Below, in pieces: positions 8,545 through 18,152 of a DNA stretch of 28,486 nucleotides; position 1 is the stretch's first letter; each line of letters begins with the position of its first letter. The notes under the pieces are model-generated. The model worked only from the letters and a program-made list of their open reading frames with translations. It did not search any database and was not told the DNA's origin. The position numbers and the translations under genes were made by a program. The stretch is from an uncultured archaeon (GTDB lineage Archaea; Asgardarchaeota; Heimdallarchaeia; Heimdallarchaeales; Heimdallarchaeaceae), in assembly GCA_964534625.1 (NCBI GenBank), contig CAZHRF010000042.1:1-28486 (forward strand), written 5' to 3'.

Positions 8545-9324
8545 GTGAAGAAAGTGGCTATACTTAATATCAATAATCTGTACAAATATTTTGGTCATGT
8601 CAGAGCTGTCGATGGTGTGTCATTCAATATTAATGAAGGAGAGTTTTTTGGCTTATTGGGCCCTAATGGTGCAGGTAAGACGACTACAGTTAAAATGATT
8701 TTAGGCTTATTAGAACCCGACCAAGGCACCATTGAAGTATTCAATATGGATCCTTTCCTTCATGAATTAGAAGTTAAGCATGCAGTTGGTTATGTTTCAG
8801 AAGAGCCTTTAGTTTACGAAAGTCTTACTGTACAAGAACTGTTTAATTTTATTGCTTCAATTAGAGGTTTTTCTAGTGAGAAAGAACAACGCTTTGTTAA
8901 CTTGCTTCAAAGTTTAAATGCTTTACAATATTATGACAAAGCAATTGCTACGCTCTCTAGGGGGAACAAACAGAAGATACAATTAATAGCTTCTTTACTT
9001 CATGAACCTAAATTATTAATTTTAGATGAACCTTTAGCGGGATTAGATGCGAAATCTGTACGTGTCTTCAAAGAGATCCTTAACATGCATATCGAAAATG
9101 GAGGATCAATTCTTTTCTCCACCCACATAATGGCAGTAGCCCAAGAGATTTGTGATCGTATAGCCATCATCAATGAAGGTAAAATTGTTGCCATAGGTAC
9201 TGTTGAAGAGTTATCTGAAAAAGCCAATAAAATTGGAGCTTCTCTTGAAGATATTTTCCTAAAACTTACAGAGCAAGATGAATCAGTCCATCAAATTATT
9301 ACCCAACTTAGGGCGAGTCTTTGA
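8545..9324 (+). CDS. ABC-2-type transporter ATP-binding protein
   Basis: Walker A GPNGAGKT, signature LSRGNKQK, Walker B LLILDEP, H-loop STH. Confidence 0.95.
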   Translation: MKKVAILNINNLYKYFGHVRAVDGVSFNINEGEFFGLLGPNGAGKTTTVKMILGLLEPDQGTIEVFNMDPFLHELEVKHAVGYVSEEPLVYESLTVQELFNFIASIRGFSSEKEQRFVNLLQSLNALQYYDKAIATLSRGNKQKIQLIASLLHEPKLLILDEPLAGLDAKSVRVFKEILNMHIENGGSILFSTHIMAVAQEICDRIAIINEGKIVAIGTVEELSEKANKIGASLEDIFLKLTEQDESVHQIITQLRASL

Positions 9325-9340
9325 TTTCTAGGTGGTTTAA

Positions 9341-11020
9341 ATGAATATCAGGCAACTATTGAAAATTTCAAAAACAGTATATCATGAATCCATGCTTCAA
9401 AGTCAGTTAAAAATGATGGGGAGTAATAAGGAGCGATATTTAGAAAAACTTAGTAAAAAAAATGATTTCAAAACTCAAGCGGGATTTCAAAAAATTATGA
9501 TTGGTATATATTATCTTATATTGGTAATGCTTCCAGTTCAAAACTTTAACCAAATCAAAAAAGCCATTTCTGCTGACATCTCTATGTCTTGGATTGTTTT
9601 TTCTTCAGTCTTGACCTTAAGCGTATTTCTTATCTTACAATTTATTCTTCTGCTAACATTTACAATTATGTTTTCTTCAAGTTTGATGTCTGGTGACCAA
9701 TTTAAGTGGTTAGCTACTTTACCTCTTCGTAAACGGTCTGTTCAAAAAATAGCTTTTCTTACATTTTTTAGAGGAATAGATATTCAAATGATTGGTTTCA
9801 TTTTCACTTTACCTTTAGCTGTGGCTATTATTACTAAGAATATTCTTTTTACAAGCATTGGTTTACTCATTTCTATTGCAAATGCGCTTTTGTATCTCAG
9901 TTTATTAATCATTTTAGGACAAAAAATGTCTAAGATACTTGAACACTATGCAGTAAATGATCGAAAAACGAATCTAATCCGAATGGTTTCAATGCTAACT
10001 TATATACTAAGTACGCTATTCATTTTCTTGCTAATAAATTTGGCTTCTCAGAATATTACCAAAGTATATAGCAACCAATTTCTTCAACAAGATGTGTTAG
10101 GAATCATTAATCCCGTACTTAGTATCGTACCGTTTCCTTTCGCCCTTTGTTACATTCTGACCTTCATATCCATTGGACAAATAAACGTTACCTTCTCTTT
10201 CATTGGTGCTATTATAGGTTGTTTGGTATATTTTCTTATTACGTACTTTGTTGTAAAAAAAGCTTTTTCCACTCTTGGAACTATTACATCGAGTGAAATT
10301 GAATATTATCAGAAGGAGGAGACAATGGAAGTTCAATCTGCAGATGTTACTATTGATTCAACATCTCCCATTATAGCTTTTATAAAAAAAGATCTCCATA
10401 TGGCAACAAGAGACATTCAAACAATGTCACTATTTTTATTTCCTATCTTATTTCCTTTACTTTCTATAATCAGTTCTGGTGGAACATTTTTAACAGATAC
10501 AACTTTAACTTTATTGTTAACTTCCAATCTACCATTTATTACCTTAGGCAGTCTTATGCTGGTTCAAGGAATATCAAATATGGAAAAATCCGGAGCTACT
10601 ATAAATGCGTCTTTACCTATTTCAGGAAGAGATCAAATCAAGGCAAAACTTCCTTATTTTTTTATTATTCTACCAATAGCTTTGTTTATACCTCTTCTTT
10701 TTCTAATTAATCGACCAAATTTTTTTAGAATTTTGATAACGACATTAATAATCCTCTGTATTCCTCCTCTAACCGGATTAGCTGGATTATTCTTGAAAAT
10801 CAAACTGTTTGGCAAACTACGCCACAAATACGTCCTTGAAGACGTAAATGATGACCTTAAAGTAATCAAGTGGATAGCTATAATAGTTTTTACTCTTTTT
10901 CTGGTAGGTGTGTTTATTTTCCTTTCTACACTTAACTGGTATTCCGTACTTATCGGAGAAGGAATACTAGCACTCTTAGTTTTACTTATATTCAATCTAA
11001 TGTTTCCAAAGAAAAAATAG
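9341..11020 (+). CDS. ABC-2-type exporter permease (about 12-14 TM)
   Basis: Multi-pass membrane ORF 16 bp after the ATPase, with GGTGG SD; duplicated LATLPL/NASLPI motifs and FIKKDLHMATRD are typical of ABC-2 permeases. Confidence 0.8.
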   Translation: MNIRQLLKISKTVYHESMLQSQLKMMGSNKERYLEKLSKKNDFKTQAGFQKIMIGIYYLILVMLPVQNFNQIKKAISADISMSWIVFSSVLTLSVFLILQFILLLTFTIMFSSSLMSGDQFKWLATLPLRKRSVQKIAFLTFFRGIDIQMIGFIFTLPLAVAIITKNILFTSIGLLISIANALLYLSLLIILGQKMSKILEHYAVNDRKTNLIRMVSMLTYILSTLFIFLLINLASQNITKVYSNQFLQQDVLGIINPVLSIVPFPFALCYILTFISIGQINVTFSFIGAIIGCLVYFLITYFVVKKAFSTLGTITSSEIEYYQKEETMEVQSADVTIDSTSPIIAFIKKDLHMATRDIQTMSLFLFPILFPLLSIISSGGTFLTDTTLTLLLTSNLPFITLGSLMLVQGISNMEKSGATINASLPISGRDQIKAKLPYFFIILPIALFIPLLFLINRPNFFRILITTLIILCIPPLTGLAGLFLKIKLFGKLRHKYVLEDVNDDLKVIKWIAIIVFTLFLVGVFIFLSTLNWYSVLIGEGILALLVLLIFNLMFPKKK

Positions 11021-11209
11021 TAAATAGGTCAACAAAACGCTAAATCTCAATTCAACAAATAGTAATGAGTTAAAACATCTATACGCCTTATTATAACTAA
11101 ATTACTTAAAGAGTTTAGAGAAGATTTATATAGAACGACTAGTTGAACCAAATTAAATAAAGCAATATCAAAAATATTTCTTTGTTTCAAAATAATTAAA
11201 CATAAACTA

Positions 11210-14200
11210 ATGGTGCAAAAATTGCAAATTAAAAATAATATTACGAATAAAAAAATACTTTTAATAATGTTTAGTCTTGTTCTTCTTTTAAGTCCTCTCG
11301 CTGTAATTGCAGTTAGACCAGATGGAATACCACCTGTAGTAAATATCACATCTCCAGCTGATGGTGCAACTGTACAGGGATTAGTTACTATTACTTTTAC
11401 AGCGGAAGATCAACAAGATGATTTAAAAGAATACGGTTTGAAAATCGACGGAACAACAGTTTCAACTTATTCTTTCAGTTATGATTGGGATACAACAACA
11501 TTTGTTGATGGAGATCACGTCATTGAGGCTTATGCTCACGACAGAACAACAGTAGGTACAGACCAGATAACGGTGACAGTTTCTAATGGTGGGCTCATAG
11601 ATAATCCTCCCACAGTAACAATAACTACACCAAATGCAGGTTCAATAGTTTCAGGAACTCAAACCATTACAATAGATGTTTCAGATGATATTGACACATT
11701 AGTACCAGATATCTATATAGACGGAATCTATATAGCTACAACTAATAGTTATGAGTGGGACACAACAACCTATTCAAATGATACGCATACAATTTATGCA
11801 GAAGTAACAGATAGTTCATCACAAACAGCTTCAGATCAGATATCCGTCACAGTAGATAATTCGGGAGATAGCACTACTCAAGAAGTATTCAAATTAATGT
11901 GTTTCAATATTAAAGAGTCTGGCGAATCTACGGATTATCCCGATTGGAAAGAAGTGGTAAAAGAAGAGAACGCTGATATCCTCATGTTCATTGAAACAGG
12001 TTATTGGGATGACAATGGAAATGAAAAACTTAATCTATATGTAGAAGAATTTAACAGTTATTTTATTGATGAGACACCTTATGAAGGCTATACTACGCAA
12101 GATATAAGTTATTCGACAAGTGGAGCAGCTATAATGACACGTTATCCTGTTTTAGATTACACCCAAATTACTCATGTTCCTCTTGACGATGGGACAAGTT
12201 ATGATGTCACTCATGATTTCTTTGATGTAAAAGTCAACATAGGCGGTTCTGCTGTTCATATTATTGGTTCTCATCTTAAAGCGATGACAGGAAGCACAAA
12301 TGAACAACGGAGAGAATGGGAACAAGAAGGTATTATCAATTACATGGATAATCTTGGTGATGGTATCCCTATTGCCTATTTGGGTGATCTTAATTCTTTC
12401 AGTCCCGAGGATTATGAATTAAACACGCTTCAATCTGGACTCGGTTATGGTCCACTTAGCATGTTTATTGATCCTTATACTAATCCTGAAACTGGTGAAG
12501 ACTTCAGTCAATATAGTTCTGTGTATCATACATTTACTGACGTATTTAGAACACTAAATCCTTTAGACTTAGGTATTACAAGTCCAGCTTATGATAGCCG
12601 AATAGATTTTATTTATACTAACGAAGAACTAACCGCCTACATCATCAACAGCACTTGTGGCGATACTTCTTCCGCTCTCACAGGATCTGATCATCTTACA
12701 GTAGATGTTTTCATAGCATTAAATAGTGATGGTATTGATTACATCCCCCCTAAAGTTACTATCACAAATCCTGAAAATAATGCCATTGTTAGCGATGTTG
12801 TAGAAATCACTTTTGACGCCTATGACGATGATGCTATTGATTCTCAAAGAATACTCATTGATGGAATCGAAGTCAGTACTTCTACAAGTTACTTGTGGGA
12901 TACAACCGCTTATAACGAAGGATCTCACATTATTAAGGCGGAAGCTACTGATCCTAGTGGTAATATTGGATATGCAGAGCATACTGTTACTGTAGATAAT
13001 GATGGTTTCATTCCTGGTCCTAATTATATTGTGATTAATGAATTTCTGGCAGCCCCATCAACTGTGTATGATGATGAATGGATTGAACTTTGGAATCCAC
13101 TTGATGATGATATTGATATTTCTGGTTGTGTGTTAGATGATCTTATTGATGGAGGAGGAAATCCTTATACTATCCCTAGTGGTACTATCATGGCTCCAAA
13201 TAGTTTTATGCTATTTTATGGTACCGAAACAGGATTTGCGCTCAATAATGCTGGTGATGACGTAAACTTTATTGATACGGATGGAATAACGATTTTAGAT
13301 TCACACACCTATACTTCGACCAAATATGATGTCTCATGGGGTCGAGAATTTGACGGTTCCGAAAATTGGATAGAATTTACAGAACCCACACCAGGTGCGT
13401 CTAATGGCGAACAGAGTGGTGATACTACGCCTCCAGCTCAAGTTACAGGCTTAACTGCCACAACAATTAGTACTTCTCAAATTGATTTAATGTGGGATTC
13501 TAATACCGAACCAGATTTAGATTACTATAAAATTTATCGTGATGGTCTTTTCTTGATTTCTGTGAGTTCTGAATCTTATAGTGATACAGGTTTAGCAGCT
13601 GAAACTACTTATAGTTATACTGTTTCTGCAGTAGACACACATGGTAATGAAGGTACTAAATCGACTAGTGCAAGTGCCACAACTGACGCAGGGTCAACAT
13701 CTAGTCCAAGTCAGATAGTCATCAACGAGTTTTTACCTGATCCTTATTCTCTCTATAGCGAGGAATGGATTGAATTATACAATCCAACAAGTGATGATAT
13801 TGACTTATCTGGATGTGTTTTAGATGATATTACTTCAGGTGGAACATCACCTTATGTTATTCCTGATGGAACTATTATAGCTGCTGGAGGTTTTTTGGTT
13901 TTCTATCAAAGTGTTACTAAAATTGGTCTAAATAACGACGGAGACACAGTAAATTTAATCGATAAGGATGGTATAACTATTATTGATAGTTACTCTTATT
14001 CCCATTCTTCTGATGATGTCAGTTATGGTCGAGAAACTGACGGTTCCGAAAATTGGACAGAATTTACTGAACCTACACCAGGCTCTTCAAATAATGATAC
14101 AACCACTACTAATAGTTATATTCATGTTGATAGTATTACGGTAAGTCATAACTCTAAAGGTGCTTCTGGAAAATATGATATATATATCGAAGTCCTTGTT

Positions 14201-14437
14201 TATGATGAATCCGGTAATCCCGTCTCTAGTGTTTCTGTAACAATAGAATTACAAACGCCTAGTGGATCAATTCTAACTCAGACAGTTATGACTGATTCAA
14301 ATGGTATTGCAATAGCTACTTTTAGTGATATTAGAGAAACAGGTACCTATGTAGCTACCGTTACGGATTTATCAGCGACCAATTATATCTATGACGAAAC
14401 AGCCAATATAGAAACGAGTGAGCAATATACAATCTGA
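11210..14437 (+). CDS. Secreted multidomain nuclease/phosphoesterase: signal peptide, 2x Ig-like, EEP (DNase I-like) domain, Ig-like, lamin-tail domain, FN3, lamin-tail domain, Ig-like
   Basis: EEP motifs FNIK, ADILMFIE, GSHLKA, LGDLNS, RIDFIY, GSDHL; PP.V.IT.P...WDTT Ig repeats; IVINEFL...EWIEL.NP...LNN.GD.V...PTPG LTD repeats; PAQVTGL..WD..Y.IYR..Y.YTVSAVD FN3. Confidence 0.88.
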   Translation: MVQKLQIKNNITNKKILLIMFSLVLLLSPLAVIAVRPDGIPPVVNITSPADGATVQGLVTITFTAEDQQDDLKEYGLKIDGTTVSTYSFSYDWDTTTFVDGDHVIEAYAHDRTTVGTDQITVTVSNGGLIDNPPTVTITTPNAGSIVSGTQTITIDVSDDIDTLVPDIYIDGIYIATTNSYEWDTTTYSNDTHTIYAEVTDSSSQTASDQISVTVDNSGDSTTQEVFKLMCFNIKESGESTDYPDWKEVVKEENADILMFIETGYWDDNGNEKLNLYVEEFNSYFIDETPYEGYTTQDISYSTSGAAIMTRYPVLDYTQITHVPLDDGTSYDVTHDFFDVKVNIGGSAVHIIGSHLKAMTGSTNEQRREWEQEGIINYMDNLGDGIPIAYLGDLNSFSPEDYELNTLQSGLGYGPLSMFIDPYTNPETGEDFSQYSSVYHTFTDVFRTLNPLDLGITSPAYDSRIDFIYTNEELTAYIINSTCGDTSSALTGSDHLTVDVFIALNSDGIDYIPPKVTITNPENNAIVSDVVEITFDAYDDDAIDSQRILIDGIEVSTSTSYLWDTTAYNEGSHIIKAEATDPSGNIGYAEHTVTVDNDGFIPGPNYIVINEFLAAPSTVYDDEWIELWNPLDDDIDISGCVLDDLIDGGGNPYTIPSGTIMAPNSFMLFYGTETGFALNNAGDDVNFIDTDGITILDSHTYTSTKYDVSWGREFDGSENWIEFTEPTPGASNGEQSGDTTPPAQVTGLTATTISTSQIDLMWDSNTEPDLDYYKIYRDGLFLISVSSESYSDTGLAAETTYSYTVSAVDTHGNEGTKSTSASATTDAGSTSSPSQIVINEFLPDPYSLYSEEWIELYNPTSDDIDLSGCVLDDITSGGTSPYVIPDGTIIAAGGFLVFYQSVTKIGLNNDGDTVNLIDKDGITIIDSYSYSHSSDDVSYGRETDGSENWTEFTEPTPGSSNNDTTTTNSYIHVDSITVSHNSKGASGKYDIYIEVLVYDESGNPVSSVSVTIELQTPSGSILTQTVMTDSNGIAIATFSDIRETGTYVATVTDLSATNYIYDETANIETSEQYTI

Positions 14438-14643
14438 AAAAAATTAAATCGTTTTTTTCCCTTATTTTTTAATTGCGTATTTTTCTTTTCTCTCTTTTTT
14501 GATTCACGTTTTCGTCACTTTTAAAGGATTTAGTGTGCTTTAATTATCTTAGAATTAATAATAAGGGGTTGAATAGAAAGAAAAAAGATATCTCGAATTA
14601 TTATTAGATCGTATCACTAAAAGAAATTACGGGGAGATGATTT

Positions 14644-15306
14644 CTATTCTTTTTTTATTTGATTCCAAGCATCTTGAAAAATCTTCAATCCACGGTCAGT
14701 AAATGGATGCTCAAAACTAGCCTTATATACATCAAAACCCGCGGTCACTATATCTGAACCCAATTCTGCTGCTTGAGCTATTTGTTTACCATTTCTTAGA
14801 GCTGCAGTTATTATTTCTGTTTTAAAACCATAAAGGCTATAGATTTGCGTGATTTGATATAGAAAATTTGTGCAATCTACTCCACTAGCTTCTTGCCAAC
14901 CAATAAATGGAGAAACATATTTTGCGCCTATTCGTCCAGCTTGGATTGCTTGACTTGTTGAAAAAACAAGAGTTACATTTACAGCTACTCCATCTTCAGT
15001 TAATTTTTTGGCAGCAGTTAACCCTTTTTCGGTACAAGGAATCTTAATAACAAAATTCTCTGACATAGCTGCCAATTCTTTGGCTTCTTTTATCATATTA
15101 GGAACATCTAGTTTATAAGGATTGATTTCTACAGATATAGGAAAATCAATACCTTCAAACTCTGAAGCTATTTCTTGTATCACAGGAATAAAGGGCTTAC
15201 CAGATTTCATAATGTGTTTTGGATTACTAGTTATGCCTTCTATCCCCCAATTTTCATAAGCATATTTGATATCTTCCAATATTGCTGAATCTAAAAAATA
15301 TTTCAT
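14644..15306 (-). CDS. Transaldolase (TalC/FSA family), sulfofructose-transaldolase (SqvA/SftT)-like
   Basis: MKYFLDSAILE.I.YAYENW, SVEINP (Glu acid/base), VIKIP (Schiff-base Lys), SPFIGW (Trp where ordinary TalC has the phosphate-binding Arg), AALRNGKQI. Closely resembles Bacillus SF-transaldolase as recalled. Start at 15306 follows a GAGGT SD. Confidence 0.85.
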   Translation of the reverse strand: MKYFLDSAILEDIKYAYENWGIEGITSNPKHIMKSGKPFIPVIQEIASEFEGIDFPISVEINPYKLDVPNMIKEAKELAAMSENFVIKIPCTEKGLTAAKKLTEDGVAVNVTLVFSTSQAIQAGRIGAKYVSPFIGWQEASGVDCTNFLYQITQIYSLYGFKTEIITAALRNGKQIAQAAELGSDIVTAGFDVYKASFEHPFTDRGLKIFQDAWNQIKKE

Positions 15307-15517
15307 TTTTATTATAACCTCAAAAACCTTTATCTCCAATGCTATTTGAAGATTTTGTTAATAAAACGACAATGTTAAAAATGGAAAAGTATTTTTTCAG
15401 CAACTTAAATGACCAAACTCAAGGACGAGGTTTTCAAGAAGACGTTCACATAAATATATTTATTCTCTTTTTGTTTACAATCTAGAGATTACTATTACCT
15501 TGTGATAGTCTTGAGTA

Positions 15518-15739
15518 CTAATTTTTGCAATACATTACTATATCACATTTAATAATTTCACCCGCATTGTATTTATCCAAAATTTTTTCTAAATTGTCAG
15601 CACAATAATAGTCATTAATGCAGGTTAAAACACTGATCTCATTGATAGGAAACCATTCTTCACCATCTATACTACATTTGACTGTTCCATAATTGGGTTC
15701 GGTTTCGGAAGTATTAGAAACATCAGTATTATTATTCAT
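15518..15739 (-). CDS. Small acidic Cys-containing hypothetical protein (73 aa)
   Basis: ATG at 15739 with TTTATATA 25-32 bp upstream (15764-15771), a leaderless arrangement; 5 Cys. Confidence 0.6.
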   Translation of the reverse strand: MNNNTDVSNTSETEPNYGTVKCSIDGEEWFPINEISVLTCINDYYCADNLEKILDKYNAGEIIKCDIVMYCKN

Positions 15740-15999
15740 TGCAATAATAAGAAAAGTTTTGAGTATATAAATAGACAAAATATCTACATGTGCACAATAT
15801 GTTAGCAAGCTAATATGATTAATTAAAAGAAAACGAGAAATGAGCGTATTTTGATAGAAGATGGCGACAAAAAAAGTAGAGTGTTTTATAGCTGCATTAG
15901 ATAATCATATGGCATTAATTTGCTAGGATTAAGTGAAAAATAAACAAAAATTTAGATGAAGATTTTTTCAACTATTTCCTTTCGTTTAAATGTAATAAT

Positions 16000-17394
16000 T
16001 CAAACCATTCGCTTATAATCCAAGAGTTCATCAACTTCTTTTTCTGTTAGTCCTAAATCCGATTCCATTGCCACCTCTTTTATTGTTTTTCCTGTCTCAT
16101 ATGCCTTCATAGCTATTTTAGAAGCCTTATCATACCCTATTTTTTGTGTGAGATTAGTTACAAGCATTAAACTTCTTGACATATCTTGTTCAATTTTTTC
16201 CTTATTTACACCTAATCCTTCTAGGAGATTTTTGGTAAATGATCGTATCCCATTTGACAACAGAGTAAGCGATTCAAGCAGATTATGTATCATCAATGGT
16301 TTTGTCACATTTAAATCTAACATACTACCATATCCTTCTGCCATAGACACTGTTATGTCATTTCCTAATACCGACAATGCAACTTGTATCAACATTTCAC
16401 TTTGAGTAGGATTAATTTTACCTGGCATTATAGATGAACCTGGTTCATTGGCTGGTAACTGTAACTCTGCTAGTCCCGCCCTAGGCCCACTGCCCAACAA
16501 TCGGATATCATTTGCCATTTTCATTAAAGAGAGAGCCAATGTTTTGAGATTTGAGTGTATATTAACTACTACATTGTGGGAAGCGATACCCTCTGCTTTT
16601 AATGGATTCGATGAAAAGTCTATATTTGTTATTATATTAAGATAATGAATAGCTTTGTCTGCGAAATCGTGAGGTGCATTTATACCCGTTCCTACAGCTG
16701 TACCTCCCAGAGACAACTGTTTAAGTTCTTGTAATGAATTTAACAATCTTTTTTTATTATCTTCTAATTGTTTCTTATATACTTCAAATTCAAGAGAAAG
16801 TGGGATAGGAACAGCATCTTGTAAATGCGTCCTACCGATTTTAATAATATCTTGGAATTGAGCTATTTTTTGATTCAATATCCCTATGATCAAATCAATA
16901 TTTGGTAGTAGGTTTTTTTTGATCTCTTTTACAATAGTCACATGCATGGCTGTGGGTATAATGTCATTGCTTGATTGAGCTTTATTCACGTGATCATTTG
17001 GATGTATGGGATATTTTTCACCCTTTTTATGCCCCAATATTTCATTTGCTCGATTAGCAATCACTTCATTCATGTTCATGTTTGTTTGCGTACCTGACCC
17101 TGTTTGATATATATCTATTGGGAACTGATCAAAATATTTTCCTTCATCTAATATTTCATCTATTGCGAGTTGCATTGCTCGTTTTTTTGTATCGTCAATT
17201 AAACCTAATTCATTGTTTGCCAACAAACAAGCTTTTTTTACCTGTGCTAAAGAAAGAATAAAAGAAAAGGGTAATGTCCTTCCGCTTATTTTAAAGTTAT
17301 TTATAGCTCTTTGTGTTGTGGTTCCCCAGTAAGCATTAGAGGGTATTTTTACTTCTCCAAGCAAATCTTTTTCTATTCTATATTCTTCGCTCAT
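16000..17394 (-). CDS. fumC: Class II fumarate hydratase
   Basis: QTGSGTQTNMNMNEV, HPNDHVN.AQSSND, KIGRTHLQDAVP, signature GSSIMPGKINP. Confidence 0.93.
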   Translation of the reverse strand: MSEEYRIEKDLLGEVKIPSNAYWGTTTQRAINNFKISGRTLPFSFILSLAQVKKACLLANNELGLIDDTKKRAMQLAIDEILDEGKYFDQFPIDIYQTGSGTQTNMNMNEVIANRANEILGHKKGEKYPIHPNDHVNKAQSSNDIIPTAMHVTIVKEIKKNLLPNIDLIIGILNQKIAQFQDIIKIGRTHLQDAVPIPLSLEFEVYKKQLEDNKKRLLNSLQELKQLSLGGTAVGTGINAPHDFADKAIHYLNIITNIDFSSNPLKAEGIASHNVVVNIHSNLKTLALSLMKMANDIRLLGSGPRAGLAELQLPANEPGSSIMPGKINPTQSEMLIQVALSVLGNDITVSMAEGYGSMLDLNVTKPLMIHNLLESLTLLSNGIRSFTKNLLEGLGVNKEKIEQDMSRSLMLVTNLTQKIGYDKASKIAMKAYETGKTIKEVAMESDLGLTEKEVDELLDYKRMV

Positions 17395-18152
17395 TATTTT
17401 TCACGTTTATGTTCCGTTCTTATTTTGTGAATTGCGGTTCCGGGTCTAACACCTTTGGGACAAACTCGATTACATGCGAATAGTTTTTGGCATGATGGAA
17501 CTGCATCCTCTTCCCAAGCCCTCTGTATTTTTTCAGATCGTTTTTCATTTGAAAAACGGGTATCTAAAATAAACCTATAGACTTTTGCAAGTGCTGCTGG
17601 GCCCAGATAATTTTTATCCTCTTTATTAACGGGACACGTCCAGCAAAGACCACAGAGGATACAATAAACAAGATGTTCTATAGATCTCGCTTCTTCGGGT
17701 TTTTGTTTTGATTCTGGAGAAGTATCATTCCACTCACGGGAAAAATAAGGTTGAACTTCTTTGTAAAAGTTCCAAAAGGGGCTCATATCTACAACCAGAT
17801 CTTTTATCACTGGCATATTAGGTAACGGTTCAATTAAAATCTCATTATCTTCATCCCACTCACTTACATCCCCAAAAGTTATTTCAGGTAGTTTTGGTAC
17901 TGTTTGTGTTTTTACTACCGTTATTTGTGTTCTGCAAGCTAATTGAGGATATTTATCTACCGTTACACTACATGAACCACAAATAGCCCCTCTACAAGCA
18001 TATCTAAATGCTAATGTAGAATCAAGATGATCTTGAATATAAAAAAGTGCATCAAGTATTGTCATTCCTTTCCTAATAGGTATTTCATATTTTTCATATT
18101 TTGGTTCTTCATTTGGTTTTTTTCTATAAACTAAAAATTTCTGCTTCTCCAT
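17394..18152 (-). CDS. sdhB: Succinate dehydrogenase/fumarate reductase iron-sulfur subunit
   Basis: CRGAICGSC...C (2Fe-2S), CILCGLCWTCP, CQKLFACNRVCP, VIKDLVVD; 1-bp stop/start overlaps with both neighbours. Confidence 0.93.
   Translation of the reverse strand: MEKQKFLVYRKKPNEEPKYEKYEIPIRKGMTILDALFYIQDHLDSTLAFRYACRGAICGSCSVTVDKYPQLACRTQITVVKTQTVPKLPEITFGDVSEWDEDNEILIEPLPNMPVIKDLVVDMSPFWNFYKEVQPYFSREWNDTSPESKQKPEEARSIEHLVYCILCGLCWTCPVNKEDKNYLGPAALAKVYRFILDTRFSNEKRSEKIQRAWEEDAVPSCQKLFACNRVCPKGVRPGTAIHKIRTEHKREK

Noticed and set aside
13020-14090. Lamin-tail domains as a eukaryotic signature
   Set aside because: LTDs are common in secreted prokaryotic hydrolases, and no intermediate-filament rod is present.
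14644-15306. Fructose-6-phosphate aldolase (FSA)
   Set aside because: Has Glu (SVEI) and Phe (SPF) of transaldolases rather than the Gln/Tyr of FSA.
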